Below, in pieces: positions 55,271 through 64,000 of a stretch of 64,000 nt of DNA (its first letter is position 1; each line of letters begins with the position of its first letter). Below the pieces are notes generated by a model. That model was given only the letters and a program-made list of their open reading frames with translations. It was not told the DNA's origin and made no database searches. This DNA is from an uncultured bacterium (lineage in GTDB: Bacteria; Patescibacteriota; JACMRA01). The stretch spans positions 19,640 through 83,639 of the forward strand of contig CAWAQU010000007.1 in the NCBI GenBank assembly GCA_963784355.1, in the 5' to 3' direction. The position numbers were made by a program, and so were the translations under genes.

Positions 55271-55344
55271 ACGGATGTAGTTAAATGGTATAATAGAGGT
55301 CTCCAAAACCTCGGTCCAAGGTTCGATTCCTTGTATCCGTGCCA
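55271..55344 (+). tRNA. tRNA-Trp (anticodon CCA), CCA end encoded
   Basis: 74 nt. Acceptor ACGGAUG/UAUCCGU, discriminator G73, anticodon loop CUCCAAA. Confidence 0.9.
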
Positions 55345-55383
55345 CAAGTGTTTTATTTAAAGCAAAAATACAAATAAAATTTT

Positions 55384-55821
55384 CTATATTCCTCTTTTTA
55401 AATATTCACCTACGATTTTAAATACTCGGATCAAAATACAAAGTTTAATTATCGAATTATTGTAATCTTTTCTTTGGGCTAAATCAAGGTTATGTACTAC
55501 ATTGTTATACTTGTTGAGTAGATAAACTCTATTTTGCTCTGCTATTTCAGCTTCATCATCAGCATTAAATATCATCGATACGTTTGTATTAATTAACTGA
55601 GCAAATCTTCTTAGCGCATAATCAACTATTGACTTTTCGTTTTCATCAAGTAAACTCATATCTTCTAGATTTTGTACGCAATCTAAAATGTAATTAGTTA
55701 GAGTCTCAACTTCAAATTGTTTTTCTTCATTAGCTTCAAGCTTTTCTTTAACTTCTCTCTCAGATATTTTTTGGTCATACAGTTTTTGTAGTTCAGCTGT
55801 AGATATTTTAAATTCGGACAT
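55384..55821 (-). CDS. hypothetical helical protein (orphan)
   Basis: 145-aa ORF, acidic and helical. No motif recognised. Confidence 0.45.
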   Translation of the reverse strand: MSEFKISTAELQKLYDQKISEREVKEKLEANEEKQFEVETLTNYILDCVQNLEDMSLLDENEKSIVDYALRRFAQLINTNVSMIFNADDEAEIAEQNRVYLLNKYNNVVHNLDLAQRKDYNNSIIKLCILIRVFKIVGEYLKRGI

Positions 55822-56183
55822 AATTATTCAAACTTAGAATAGAAATTTGAGCGTTTTTGAAATAATAACTTAATCTTATTTTATTTTTTTATGCTCATGT
55901 CAAGAAGTAAACAATCCTTTTGTATATAGAAAAAGATAAGTTTTTAAAAAAATACCCATCTCCTCGGACATTTATGTATACTAGATTCTTTTGATTTATT
56001 TCAAGTCGAGGCGCTCAAAAGTTCATCTATACTATGTGTCTTAAAATTTTTATATTTTCTATCTAATTTAGCAAAGATAGATCAAAAGATTTGGATATTG
56101 ATCAAATGAAAAAAGTATGCAATATTGGGTTTAGATTTCAGGGAGTGCAATTCAGCCCGAACTGATTCTAAATGGAGGTTATA

Positions 56184-56426
56184 ATGTCTACATTTGAGCC
56201 TGTTACTGTTACCTTTAACGAAAAAGGTCCCAAAGTAAATTTTAACAATATGCTTGTTGAAGTTGATGAAATTGTAGGTATTAACAATTACGATGGCTTG
56301 TACAAAGGCCAGCGGGTAGTACTTAAAATTAGCTCCAAAAAGTTATGTGAGGACGACTTAAATAAATATTTAAGCTCACTAAATGAACGGGATGGCTATG
56401 TCCTCGTTCCAGGCGTTATTGGCTAA
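56184..56426 (+). CDS. hypothetical small protein (orphan) with a canonical Shine-Dalgarno
   Basis: GGAGG at 56174-56178 lies 5 nt upstream of the ATG at 56184, so that start is preferred over the track start at 56172. 80 aa. Confidence 0.45.
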   Translation: MSTFEPVTVTFNEKGPKVNFNNMLVEVDEIVGINNYDGLYKGQRVVLKISSKKLCEDDLNKYLSSLNERDGYVLVPGVIG

Positions 56427-56683
56427 CCTCCCAAATCTGAGTAAGTAATGTTGAGTGTTTTTAGAGATATAGCATACCTATACATTAACATTCCATTCTT
56501 ACTCCTTTTCCATAACTTTCCACCCTAAAAGTGGAATTTTTGTTTTAAATTTAAAATTTGATAACCCAAAATTCGTTGACAGTAATATTTGTTACCATGT
56601 AGACTTAAGACGCTTAAAAAAGCTTAATTCTAGCTTAAATTTTCACAAAAAACTAACAAATTTTATAAACAAAAAACATACAT

Positions 56684-57793
56684 ATGCTCGGATTTCCTCT
56701 TAATATATTTTTAAATTTATTCAACACAATTTTTTCAGTTGGGCTTATTGTCCTACAAGTTTACTTATTTAGAAAATGGTATGAAGGTGCGGAATACGCC
56801 AATTTATATTTACTTTCAGGTATTTTTTCCACTTTAGTCACACTGTTTGGCAGAAATATTGTTTTAGCTTTTCTCAGAAAGTCTGATACTGATGAACCAA
56901 ATGAATTTCGTAGTACTGAATTTACAGATTTGGAAACTAGTGATGGTACTAAAATGAGAATAGACTATTTTGGTCCTGAAAATGCTGAAAAGACTTTGAT
57001 ATTTATACCAGGTTGTAGTGCTGACAGTACTCAATGGTATTATGTAAAAAAAGCACTCCAGGATAAGTATCGCCTTTTGATGTTGGATATACCAGGTTGC
57101 GGATTATCCGAAGAACCTAAAAATAGTGACTATAGCTTGGAAAGATATGCAAAAGATCTTGATATGGTTGTAAATACCTGCAAAAAACCTCCAATTTTGA
57201 TAGGTCATAGCATGGGGACTATGATAATTATGGAGTACTACAGATTTTTCTTGCGCGACAACAAAACCAAGGTTAAAGCCATAGTTTTATCAAATCCTAC
57301 ATACACTAATCCCCTTAAAACTGCAATCTTTGCACCTCTTTTAAAATTCCTTGAAAAGCCACTTTTGGTACCATCACTGTATATACAAAGCTTGATACCG
57401 GGAGTTTTTAAAATAATGAACATTCTTAGCTATCTAAACGGGAGCTTGCATCTATCAGTAGCTTTTACAGGTTTTGCAGGCACTCAAACTAGGCAAGAAC
57501 TTGATTTTGCAACAAAATATGGACTTAAGACTCCTATAAAAACAGTGGCTCAAAATACACTTTCTATGCTTAAATACGAAGTTACAGATTTGTTGAGTGA
57601 AGTTAGTATCCCAACACAAATCATTGTCGCCACAAAAGATAAAATGACTAAAATAGAAGCTGGAGAATTTATGTCTGAGAAAATGCCAAACACTACACTA
57701 ACCATTATACAAAATGCTAGTCACATGGCTTTACTTGAAAAACATGATACTTATACTAAAGAACTTGGGAACTTTTTAGAAAAAATAGCTTAA
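56684..57793 (+). CDS. membrane-anchored alpha/beta-fold hydrolase
   Basis: 369 aa with two N-terminal TM helices. Nucleophile elbow GHSMG; HMALLEKH near the C-terminus. Confidence 0.8.
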   Translation: MLGFPLNIFLNLFNTIFSVGLIVLQVYLFRKWYEGAEYANLYLLSGIFSTLVTLFGRNIVLAFLRKSDTDEPNEFRSTEFTDLETSDGTKMRIDYFGPENAEKTLIFIPGCSADSTQWYYVKKALQDKYRLLMLDIPGCGLSEEPKNSDYSLERYAKDLDMVVNTCKKPPILIGHSMGTMIIMEYYRFFLRDNKTKVKAIVLSNPTYTNPLKTAIFAPLLKFLEKPLLVPSLYIQSLIPGVFKIMNILSYLNGSLHLSVAFTGFAGTQTRQELDFATKYGLKTPIKTVAQNTLSMLKYEVTDLLSEVSIPTQIIVATKDKMTKIEAGEFMSEKMPNTTLTIIQNASHMALLEKHDTYTKELGNFLEKIA

Positions 57794-58042
57794 TTTAAGC
57801 CTTTTCCAATCTGTAATAAAATTGAATTTTTTGACTAATTATCTGGATAAAAAAGGATCTTTACTTGACAAGTTTTTTAAAATCTTTGTATCTGTACTCA
57901 CTTTTAGTTTTAGGGTAATTTCTCTATTTCTTAAAATTAGAAGTAAAATAATTACTAATTTTTAACTTGTATTTTTATGGTATTATCTGAAGGTACGGGC
58001 GGTAGATCATAAACCGTTGTATAATTGTACTAAGCCTTAAGA

Positions 58043-58067
58043 CTATCACTTTATGTGGTAGTTTTTT
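58043..58067 (+). terminator. intrinsic terminator 20 nt upstream of the 58087 start codon
   Basis: Stem CTATCAC/GTGGTAG (one G-U pair) with a 5-nt loop, then TTTTTT. Confidence 0.65.
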
Positions 58068-58086
58068 GTAAAACAATTTAAAGAAT

Positions 58087-58932
58087 ATGCCCAAGAAAAA
58101 ATTCAGTTTCGTTACTTATGGTTTAATAATCTATTTTATTATAGGCTTGATTTTGTTTATTACCATTCCCAAGATCAACAATTTTATAGTGCAAAATGAT
58201 TCAATTTGGTCTTTTTTACAAGGGCTTGGTACAATAGTGGCAGTAGTGGCTTTAGTAATCAGTTTAATAGATAATAAAGTAAAATCTAATCAAGAGGAGG
58301 TAAGATTCAAGCTTGAAACAGATGCATATATTATTCCTATTTCGATACAAGACTATATTAAATCAGAAGAAAAAAATATCTTGGTCCATAATTTTAAATT
58401 AGATAAAATAAATTATTCGGCAAATCTCAAAGATAAATGGGAGACTGATGTATGGGACATATCCGGAATCAATCATAGTATTGTTGATGGTACAGTTTAT
58501 CCCTATCTTGCTATTAAAAATCAGGGCAAAGTAAATGCAAAGTGGATAAAGATTGAGATCTGTAGTAAAAAAAATCCAGATAATGATTTAACTAGTGTAT
58601 TAACCAAATACGAATTTATGCCTGAAAATACTGTAGTAGAAGAATTTAATTCTTTAGAGGTTGAGAAATCCATAATTTTGTGTGCAGAAGACAAACACTA
58701 TTTTGTAGAAAACTCAGATCAACCAAAAGTTGATTTTACACGTTCTTTTGGCATTAGAATAACCTATTATTCTGACCATTTAGGGCTAAAACAGGAAAAT
58801 ATAAATAAAAAAATAGATAAAGAGGAGCTGACTTTAGTATTTGAAGCTAAAGTAATCAGTAGGGGGTCTGTTGAGAATTCTGATAAACTACTTTCCTATA
58901 TTCACATGATTCCTCGAGAGTATAATATTTAG
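58087..58932 (+). CDS. hypothetical protein with two N-terminal TM helices (orphan)
   Basis: 281 aa. TM1 FVTYGLIIYFIIGLILFITI, TM2 LGTIVAVVALVISLI, and a soluble C-terminal domain with no recognised motif. Confidence 0.5.
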   Translation: MPKKKFSFVTYGLIIYFIIGLILFITIPKINNFIVQNDSIWSFLQGLGTIVAVVALVISLIDNKVKSNQEEVRFKLETDAYIIPISIQDYIKSEEKNILVHNFKLDKINYSANLKDKWETDVWDISGINHSIVDGTVYPYLAIKNQGKVNAKWIKIEICSKKNPDNDLTSVLTKYEFMPENTVVEEFNSLEVEKSIILCAEDKHYFVENSDQPKVDFTRSFGIRITYYSDHLGLKQENINKKIDKEELTLVFEAKVISRGSVENSDKLLSYIHMIPREYNI

Positions 58933-59270
58933 TATATAAAAGAAAAATCACCCACATCAATCAAAAATTAATTTGACCGGAAAGGGTGACTAGGAAAATG
59001 CCTAACTAAAAATGCCTATAAGGCAAGTTACAGCAATTAGAGCAAACGCTATGACCAACAAAGAAAGTACGAACATATTTCTTCCTAAAAGTAGAAATTG
59101 TTTTTTATTGATAGCATATATTTTAACTACCGTCAAAACCTTTTTCTGGGCGATGTATATTTACCAGTCCTAATTTATTTTAATTTACAGATGCAAGTAC
59201 TTTAAGTTTTATGACACTCTTGTATCAAATCACCCAACTCAGTTTTAGGTCTAATAACCGTATCATTCCA

Positions 59271-60734
59271 CTACAAAATCAATGTTTTTTCCTGAAGCGT
59301 ATCCTGATCTGTATAAGTAATTTCAAAGGTGTGGTCCTCTAAATTTGCATTCAAAGTAGTACACAAGTCAGCTGTTTGCCACTGGATAATCAATCTATTG
59401 TCTTCAGAATCCAAAACTTCCATACGACCGTCAAAAGCTTTGTAATTATTTCTAAATTCCATTAGCTTGATCAATCTTTGTACAATAGGCCTCTTGGTTT
59501 CAATAGATAGCTCCTCCAAGCTGTAATTATGTCTATTGATCTCTCTACCCCAGCCTCCTACTTTCTCGCCTTCAAATCTAGCTAAGGCTTCAGTATCATT
59601 TTTACCTGCTAGCGCACCTACATAATATACCTGTGGAATTCCAGGAGTATAGAATTGTACAGCTCTTGCGGTTAGATAAGCATCGTCATTTTGACCTAGA
59701 GCAGAGTAATATGTTATATCTAGCTGGTAAACCTCGGCATTGCCGTCACCGTCATAGTTATAATTGACACTTGCCCCATGCTCCAGCACATTTTTTACAG
59801 TTCTATCAATTTCTTCTTGTTCCATCAAATCTTCACAATCTTTTACAGGAATTCCGTCGTGAGTATCTAGTGTGGTAATTTGTTTTTTTGGGCAGATCTT
59901 CAACCAGTTTTTTAAGTTCTTACTTTTTCCGTCATACAGAGCGTGTAAAGTCATGAATGGAAGTACAAAATCATAAACTCTAAAGCCTTGCTCAGCAAAT
60001 TTTAGCTGGTAACTGTAGTGCCCATGAAGTTCAGGTAATAATTCTGCTTCGAAAGCGTCACTAAAATTTTTAATCCAGTTAAGAAAATCCCAAATCTCGG
60101 GCTCTACAAAAAAACAAGATGTTCCGGCCTTTTTAGTAACATACCCGATAGCGTCAAGTCTGATCAATTTTACATTGCGTCTCAATAGATAAAGTAAAAA
60201 TCCTTGATAAACTTTTTTGTAAACAGGTGAATTTATATCTAAGTCGATTTGTTGATCAGATTCAAAAGTCTGCCAAATTTTCTCTTTTTTTCCATCAGGA
60301 AATTGGATTAAAAATTCCGGAGCATCAGGTTTTCTCAAATAAATCTCTTTTAGTTCCTCTTTGGGAATGGTACCGCTTGGGTATAGTTTTTTTATCTGCA
60401 GAAATAAATCATAATATTCAGAGTCCCTTCCATTTTTTAAATAATCCTGAAAATATTCTGACTGTCTAGAAATGTGGTTAGGAATAAAATCTACAGCTAG
60501 ATTGAAATCATTACCGATTTTTTGAACGTCTTCCCAAGTACCGAAGTTTGGATCTACCATGTTATAGGTTAGGGGACAGAAACCCCTATCAGCTGAGGAT
60601 GGATAGAATGGTAAAATGTGTATTCCGCCAAACGCTTTAGGAAAATATTTTTTTAGTACAAAATGTAGTTCTTGTAAATCATTGCCAAGGCTGTCCGGGT
60701 ATGAAATTAACTGGACTTGGTTCTTTAAAAACAT
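59271..60734 (-). CDS. sucrose phosphorylase family enzyme (GH13)
   Basis: 487 aa. N-terminus VQLISYPDSLG...GIHILPFYPSSADRGFCP, catalytic IRLDAIGYV, LPELHG, LDTHDGI. Confidence 0.85.
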   Translation of the reverse strand: MFLKNQVQLISYPDSLGNDLQELHFVLKKYFPKAFGGIHILPFYPSSADRGFCPLTYNMVDPNFGTWEDVQKIGNDFNLAVDFIPNHISRQSEYFQDYLKNGRDSEYYDLFLQIKKLYPSGTIPKEELKEIYLRKPDAPEFLIQFPDGKKEKIWQTFESDQQIDLDINSPVYKKVYQGFLLYLLRRNVKLIRLDAIGYVTKKAGTSCFFVEPEIWDFLNWIKNFSDAFEAELLPELHGHYSYQLKFAEQGFRVYDFVLPFMTLHALYDGKSKNLKNWLKICPKKQITTLDTHDGIPVKDCEDLMEQEEIDRTVKNVLEHGASVNYNYDGDGNAEVYQLDITYYSALGQNDDAYLTARAVQFYTPGIPQVYYVGALAGKNDTEALARFEGEKVGGWGREINRHNYSLEELSIETKRPIVQRLIKLMEFRNNYKAFDGRMEVLDSEDNRLIIQWQTADLCTTLNANLEDHTFEITYTDQDTLQEKTLIL

Positions 60735-60738
60735 ATTA

Positions 60739-61626
60739 CTATAAATCTTTTACTCGCTCCTTTAAAAAATTGGTTAAGTCGTCTTTGATATCATCTCTAT
60801 TTAATGCAAAATCGATTGTAGCTTTCAAAAACCCTGCCGGAGTGCCACAATCATGACCAGGTGCACTAGGCTTGAGCGCATATAAAGGCTCACTATCTCT
60901 TGTCATTTTTGTAAATGCATCTGCTACTCTAATTTCACCGTCGCCAACTGTTGATTCTGCAGTCTCAAGTAAATTCCAAATCCTTTCATTGATCACTGCG
61001 TAACCATTGCTAATCAAAGTTGAAGGAGCCTCTTCTTGTGTTGGTTTTTCTACAAAACCTGTAACTTGCACAATATCACTGCCTTCAGATATTTCACTAT
61101 AGGCTAAAATACCATACTTGGAAACTTTCTCGAGCGGAACAAAATCTGTAGCAATAATTGGCTGCTGTTTTTCCTCAAAGAAATTGATTAATTTTGCAAA
61201 AGTTTTATTGCTAGAAGGCATTATGTAGTCGGGAAAAACTACTAAAACCGGTTCTTGTGTGTCTACAAAAGGCCTGGCGCAGAGTAAAGCATGACCATCT
61301 CCCTGCTGTATTGGCTGCCTAACGTAAGCAAAGTGAGCTAATTTAGAAATTCTTTCGACATCTTCCAACAATTTGTGCTTACCCTTTTCAACCAATGTAT
61401 TTTCGAGCTCGTAACTTTTATCGAAGTGGTTTTCAATAGCATTTTTTCCTCTTCCTGTGACAAAAATTATTTCTTCAATCCCAGCCTCAACTGCCTCTTC
61501 TACTAAATATTGAATGATAGGTTTATCAATTATTGGCATCATTTCTTTTGGTACAGCTTTAGTAACAGGTAAAAATCTAGTTCCAAATCCTGCTGCAACA
61601 AAGATTGCCTTTTTTACTTTTGACAT
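60739..61626 (-). CDS. galU: UTP--glucose-1-phosphate uridylyltransferase
   Basis: 295 aa. KAIFVAAGFGTRFLPVTKAVPKEMMPIIDKP matches the GalU signature. Confidence 0.92.
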   Translation of the reverse strand: MSKVKKAIFVAAGFGTRFLPVTKAVPKEMMPIIDKPIIQYLVEEAVEAGIEEIIFVTGRGKNAIENHFDKSYELENTLVEKGKHKLLEDVERISKLAHFAYVRQPIQQGDGHALLCARPFVDTQEPVLVVFPDYIMPSSNKTFAKLINFFEEKQQPIIATDFVPLEKVSKYGILAYSEISEGSDIVQVTGFVEKPTQEEAPSTLISNGYAVINERIWNLLETAESTVGDGEIRVADAFTKMTRDSEPLYALKPSAPGHDCGTPAGFLKATIDFALNRDDIKDDLTNFLKERVKDL

Positions 61627-61734
61627 ATTTTTATTAAATTAAGTTATTTTTATATTTTAAATTTCAATCTGTGTTTAAAATGGGGACGTGCTCCTTAGAG
61701 ATTAAATAAAAATTGCAAAATGTCAACAATTTTC

Positions 61735-61763
61735 TTGACATAAAGATATGAAACAGCTAAAAT
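61735..61763 (+). promoter_or_regulatory. promoter TTGACA-17-TAAAAT for the EVE-domain gene; predicted leaderless
   Basis: TTGACA at 61735-61740 and TAAAAT at 61758-61763. The ATG at 61773 is 9 nt downstream. Confidence 0.55.
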
Positions 61764-61772
61764 ATGGGTGTT

Positions 61773-62189
61773 ATGATAAGCTATTTTTTAGCCAAAACTG
61801 ATCCTGAAACGTATTCTATTAAAGATTTGAAAAAAGAAAAAGAGACAAATTGGGATGGAGTGCGTAGCCATCAAGCTGTGCAAGTAATACAAAGTTGGAA
61901 ACCTGGAGATATAGTAGTCATCTACCATTCTCAAAAAGAAACTAAAATTGTTGGTGTGGCTGAAGTTACCGGTCTACCGGAAAAAGACTTGAGTGATATT
62001 AAAGGTATTAGTTGGTATGCTAAAGTAAAATTTTTGAAGGAATTGCCAAAAGAGAACCAAATAACTCTTCAAGAAATCAAACTAACCGGGTTATTTAACG
62101 ACTTTGCTTTAGTTAGGCAAGGTAGACTATCTACAATGGCCTGCCCGGAGAATTTTGTGGTTTGGTTAAAAGAAAAGGGAGTCTTGTAA
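61773..62189 (+). CDS. EVE (PUA-like) domain protein
   Basis: MISYFLAKTDPETYSIKDL...WDGVRSHQA matches the EVE start MxYWLxKxEP...WdGVRNyqA. The 61773 start is chosen over 61764 because the -10 box abuts 61764. Confidence 0.75.
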   Translation: MISYFLAKTDPETYSIKDLKKEKETNWDGVRSHQAVQVIQSWKPGDIVVIYHSQKETKIVGVAEVTGLPEKDLSDIKGISWYAKVKFLKELPKENQITLQEIKLTGLFNDFALVRQGRLSTMACPENFVVWLKEKGVL

Positions 62190-62256
62190 ATTTTTAACTG
62201 GGTTGTTTGTAATAAATTTGACAAAAGGTACCCCGATAAGCTAACTATACTTATTA

Positions 62257-63564
62257 GTGCCGGAATTTAGAAGACAAGATTTTTTAAAAAACCTATCAAA
62301 ACAAGGAGTAACCTATGACTGGGTACTTTTAGCCTCAGTTTTGGTGCTTACGATAGGTGGTTTGGCTTTTTTAGCTAGTGGGTTGTCTGTTAAAGGTCCT
62401 GCGGTATTTCAATTTGCTTTTCAGAAACAATTTTTATCAGGTGTTTGGATTGGTGGGGTATTAGCCTTTATTTTGGCTCGTGTGGACTATCACATTTGGT
62501 TTAAATATATTAAAACGATTTTAATTATTACCTTTACTTTATTAGCTTTTTTAGCTACTTTCGCTTTGGTTGTGGATGTAATGAGCTATAAAAAATCAGC
62601 TGCTGAAGCGAGTAAAATTAGAGACAGTGTCATTGCAAAAGCCAAGTTTTTGCCTATTAGACCGTATCAAGGTGGAGGAGCTATCAGATGGGTTGAAATT
62701 CCTAAGGTTTTAAACTTTCAGCCGTCCGAACTTGTTAAATTAGTTTTGCTTGTGTATTTGTCATCAGTACTTCTAAAATATGAGGACCAGACTATTGATT
62801 GGCAGAAGATTAAAAAGCCTTTGTACGTATTTGGTTTTGCTGCTGCTTTAATTTTACTACAACCCGATTTAGGAAGTGTTTTACTTGCTTTTGGGATACT
62901 GTTAACGGCAATGTGGGTTAGTAAAGTACCAATGAAAATCATTGCAACAATTTTGTTAGTTGTGGCAGTTTTGGGCGTAACTGCTGTTTTTAGTGCCGAA
63001 TATAGGCTCAAAAGAGTTAATGCATTTTTATCTCAGGATAGTGAGAAAGCAGCTCAGATTTATTATGTTAGATTGGCTATACAAAATGGTGGATTATGGG
63101 GTAAAGGTTATGGAAATAGTGAGTATAAACAAAAAGAACTATTATTTGAATCTACGACTGATGGTATTATTTCTATTATTGGTGAGGAAATGGGGTTTGT
63201 GTTTGTAATGTTTTTCCTGAGCTTATATTTAGTATTTTTGTTTAGGGGCTTAAAAATAAGTAAGGATGCTCCCGATGTCGGGGGTAGAGCTTTAGCAGCC
63301 GGAATTGCAGTGTGGATCACTACCCAAGCATTTTTAAATATAGGCGGGATTACAGGTATGATTCCTTTAAAAGGACTACCTTTACCGTTTGTTTCAGCGG
63401 GAGGTTCATCAATAATTATGAACTTCATCAGTGTAGGAATACTATTAAATATCTCTAGCCAAAGTGTAAAAAATGCTGCTCTCAACTTTAAAAAGCAAAG
63501 TCAGTTTACAGATGCAAAAATTAGTAATAGGCTAAAAATAGCTAGTCAGAAAAATATTTATTAG
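62257..63564 (+). CDS. ftsW: SEDS-family peptidoglycan glycosyltransferase FtsW/RodA
   Basis: 435 aa and polytopic. FQPSELVKL, LLQPDLGS, GLPLPFVSAGGSS. Confidence 0.85.
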   Translation: MPEFRRQDFLKNLSKQGVTYDWVLLASVLVLTIGGLAFLASGLSVKGPAVFQFAFQKQFLSGVWIGGVLAFILARVDYHIWFKYIKTILIITFTLLAFLATFALVVDVMSYKKSAAEASKIRDSVIAKAKFLPIRPYQGGGAIRWVEIPKVLNFQPSELVKLVLLVYLSSVLLKYEDQTIDWQKIKKPLYVFGFAAALILLQPDLGSVLLAFGILLTAMWVSKVPMKIIATILLVVAVLGVTAVFSAEYRLKRVNAFLSQDSEKAAQIYYVRLAIQNGGLWGKGYGNSEYKQKELLFESTTDGIISIIGEEMGFVFVMFFLSLYLVFLFRGLKISKDAPDVGGRALAAGIAVWITTQAFLNIGGITGMIPLKGLPLPFVSAGGSSIIMNFISVGILLNISSQSVKNAALNFKKQSQFTDAKISNRLKIASQKNIY

Positions 63565-63583
63565 GTTGGCATAATAGGAATTT

Positions 63584-64000
63584 ATGAACAATAAAACAGT
63601 ATATGTAATGATGTCGGGAGGGGTGGATTCATCGGTTGCGTCAGCTTGCTTAAAAGAACAGGGGTATAATCTAGTGGGCGTATTTATGAAATGCTGGTCA
63701 CTTGAGCAATTAGAGTCTTTGGGCGTATCTAAAGATCTGTATGGCTGTTTTTGGGAAGATGATGTGATGGATGCTGAGCTTGTAACTAAAAAACTGGGTA
63801 TTCCTTTTGAAGTTTGGAATTTTGAAGGTGAATATAGACAAAAAGTTGTAGAATATATGCTCCATGAGTATAAAATAGGCCGCACTCCTAATCCTGATGT
63901 GATGTGCAACTCTATGATTAAATTCGGCATCTTTTATGAAAAAGCTATGGCTAGAGGGGCTGATTTTGTCGCTACGGGACATTATGCCAGAATTGCAGAA
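63584..64000 (+). CDS. mnmA: tRNA 2-thiouridine synthase MnmA, 5' fragment running off the window (absent from the ORF track)
   Basis: Hand translation gives MNNKTVYVMMSGGVDSSVASACLKEQGYNLVGVFMKCW...GRTPNPDVMCN...ATGHYARI. It has the PP-loop SGGVDSS and stays in frame to the window end. Confidence 0.9.
   Translation, partial: MNNKTVYVMMSGGVDSSVASACLKEQGYNLVGVFMKCWSLEQLESLGVSKDLYGCFWEDDVMDAELVTKKLGIPFEVWNFEGEYRQKVVEYMLHEYKIGRTPNPDVMCNSMIKFGIFYEKAMARGADFVATGHYARIAE

Noticed and set aside
55271-55344. Alternative genetic code (UGA read as Gly or Trp, as in some candidate phyla)
   Set aside because: Long housekeeping ORFs are uninterrupted under the standard code. TGA terminates several well-delimited genes (for example at 37072-37074 and 32158-32160). 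The only tRNA-Trp has anticodon CCA.
62718-63982. Minus-strand ORFs 62718-63011, 63108-63485, 63532-63930 and 63710-63982
   Set aside because: Antisense to ftsW and to the mnmA 5' fragment, both of which have strong family motifs.
1-64000. CRISPR arrays, rRNA genes, IS elements/transposases, integrases
   Set aside because: No regularly spaced direct repeats, no rRNA-like conserved blocks and no transposase or recombinase motifs were seen on reading both strands. The only exact long repeat is the tatA pair.

Overview
This is a visibly AT-rich, gene-dense bacterial chromosome segment read with the standard code: TGA is used as a stop and the tRNA-Trp anticodon is CCA. The gene content suggests a small-genome, Patescibacteria/CPR-like organism, but that lineage call is inference only. 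Most genes are housekeeping: pheS, pth, ftsX, rnc, parB, ftsK, hup, fusA, dnaB, rpmH-rnpA, RNase J, murI, clpP, parA, prfA, efp, ileS, murD, murG, ftsW, galU and a 5' fragment of mnmA. There is also a pilB-type ATPase and six tRNAs (Ala, His, Phe, Thr, Arg, Trp), all with an encoded 3' CCA. I found no rRNA, CRISPR array, transposase, integrase or intact prophage. Many intergenic regions carry near-consensus TTGACA-17-TATAAT promoters. Their -10 boxes often sit only 7-14 nt from the start codon with no Shine-Dalgarno, which suggests leaderless or near-leaderless mRNAs. The main non-ordinary content is listed below.
1. A split Tat locus (37.1-42.7 kb): tatC is separated from two tatA copies that share a 158-bp identical segment. 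The gap holds a phage-tail-fibre-like protein with a C-terminal S74-type autochaperone, a 0.7-kb ORF-free region, and a Cys-rich doubly anchored protein. A 56-aa ORF absent from the ORF track, carrying a perfect SRRSFLK twin-arginine motif, lies between the two tatA copies.
2. A 529-aa protein built from five tandem TrbC/VirB2-like pilin modules, next to a single-module paralog.
3. An orphan 422-aa protein with a degenerate RelA/SpoT-like nucleotidyltransferase signature, placed behind a terminator/antiterminator leader.
4. An ECF-type sigma factor directly upstream of a membrane-anchored, thioester-less alpha-2-macroglobulin-like giant.
5. Two AT-rich orphan-gene patches next to tRNA-Arg and tRNA-Trp.
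All functional calls rest on motif recognition by eye. No searches were run.
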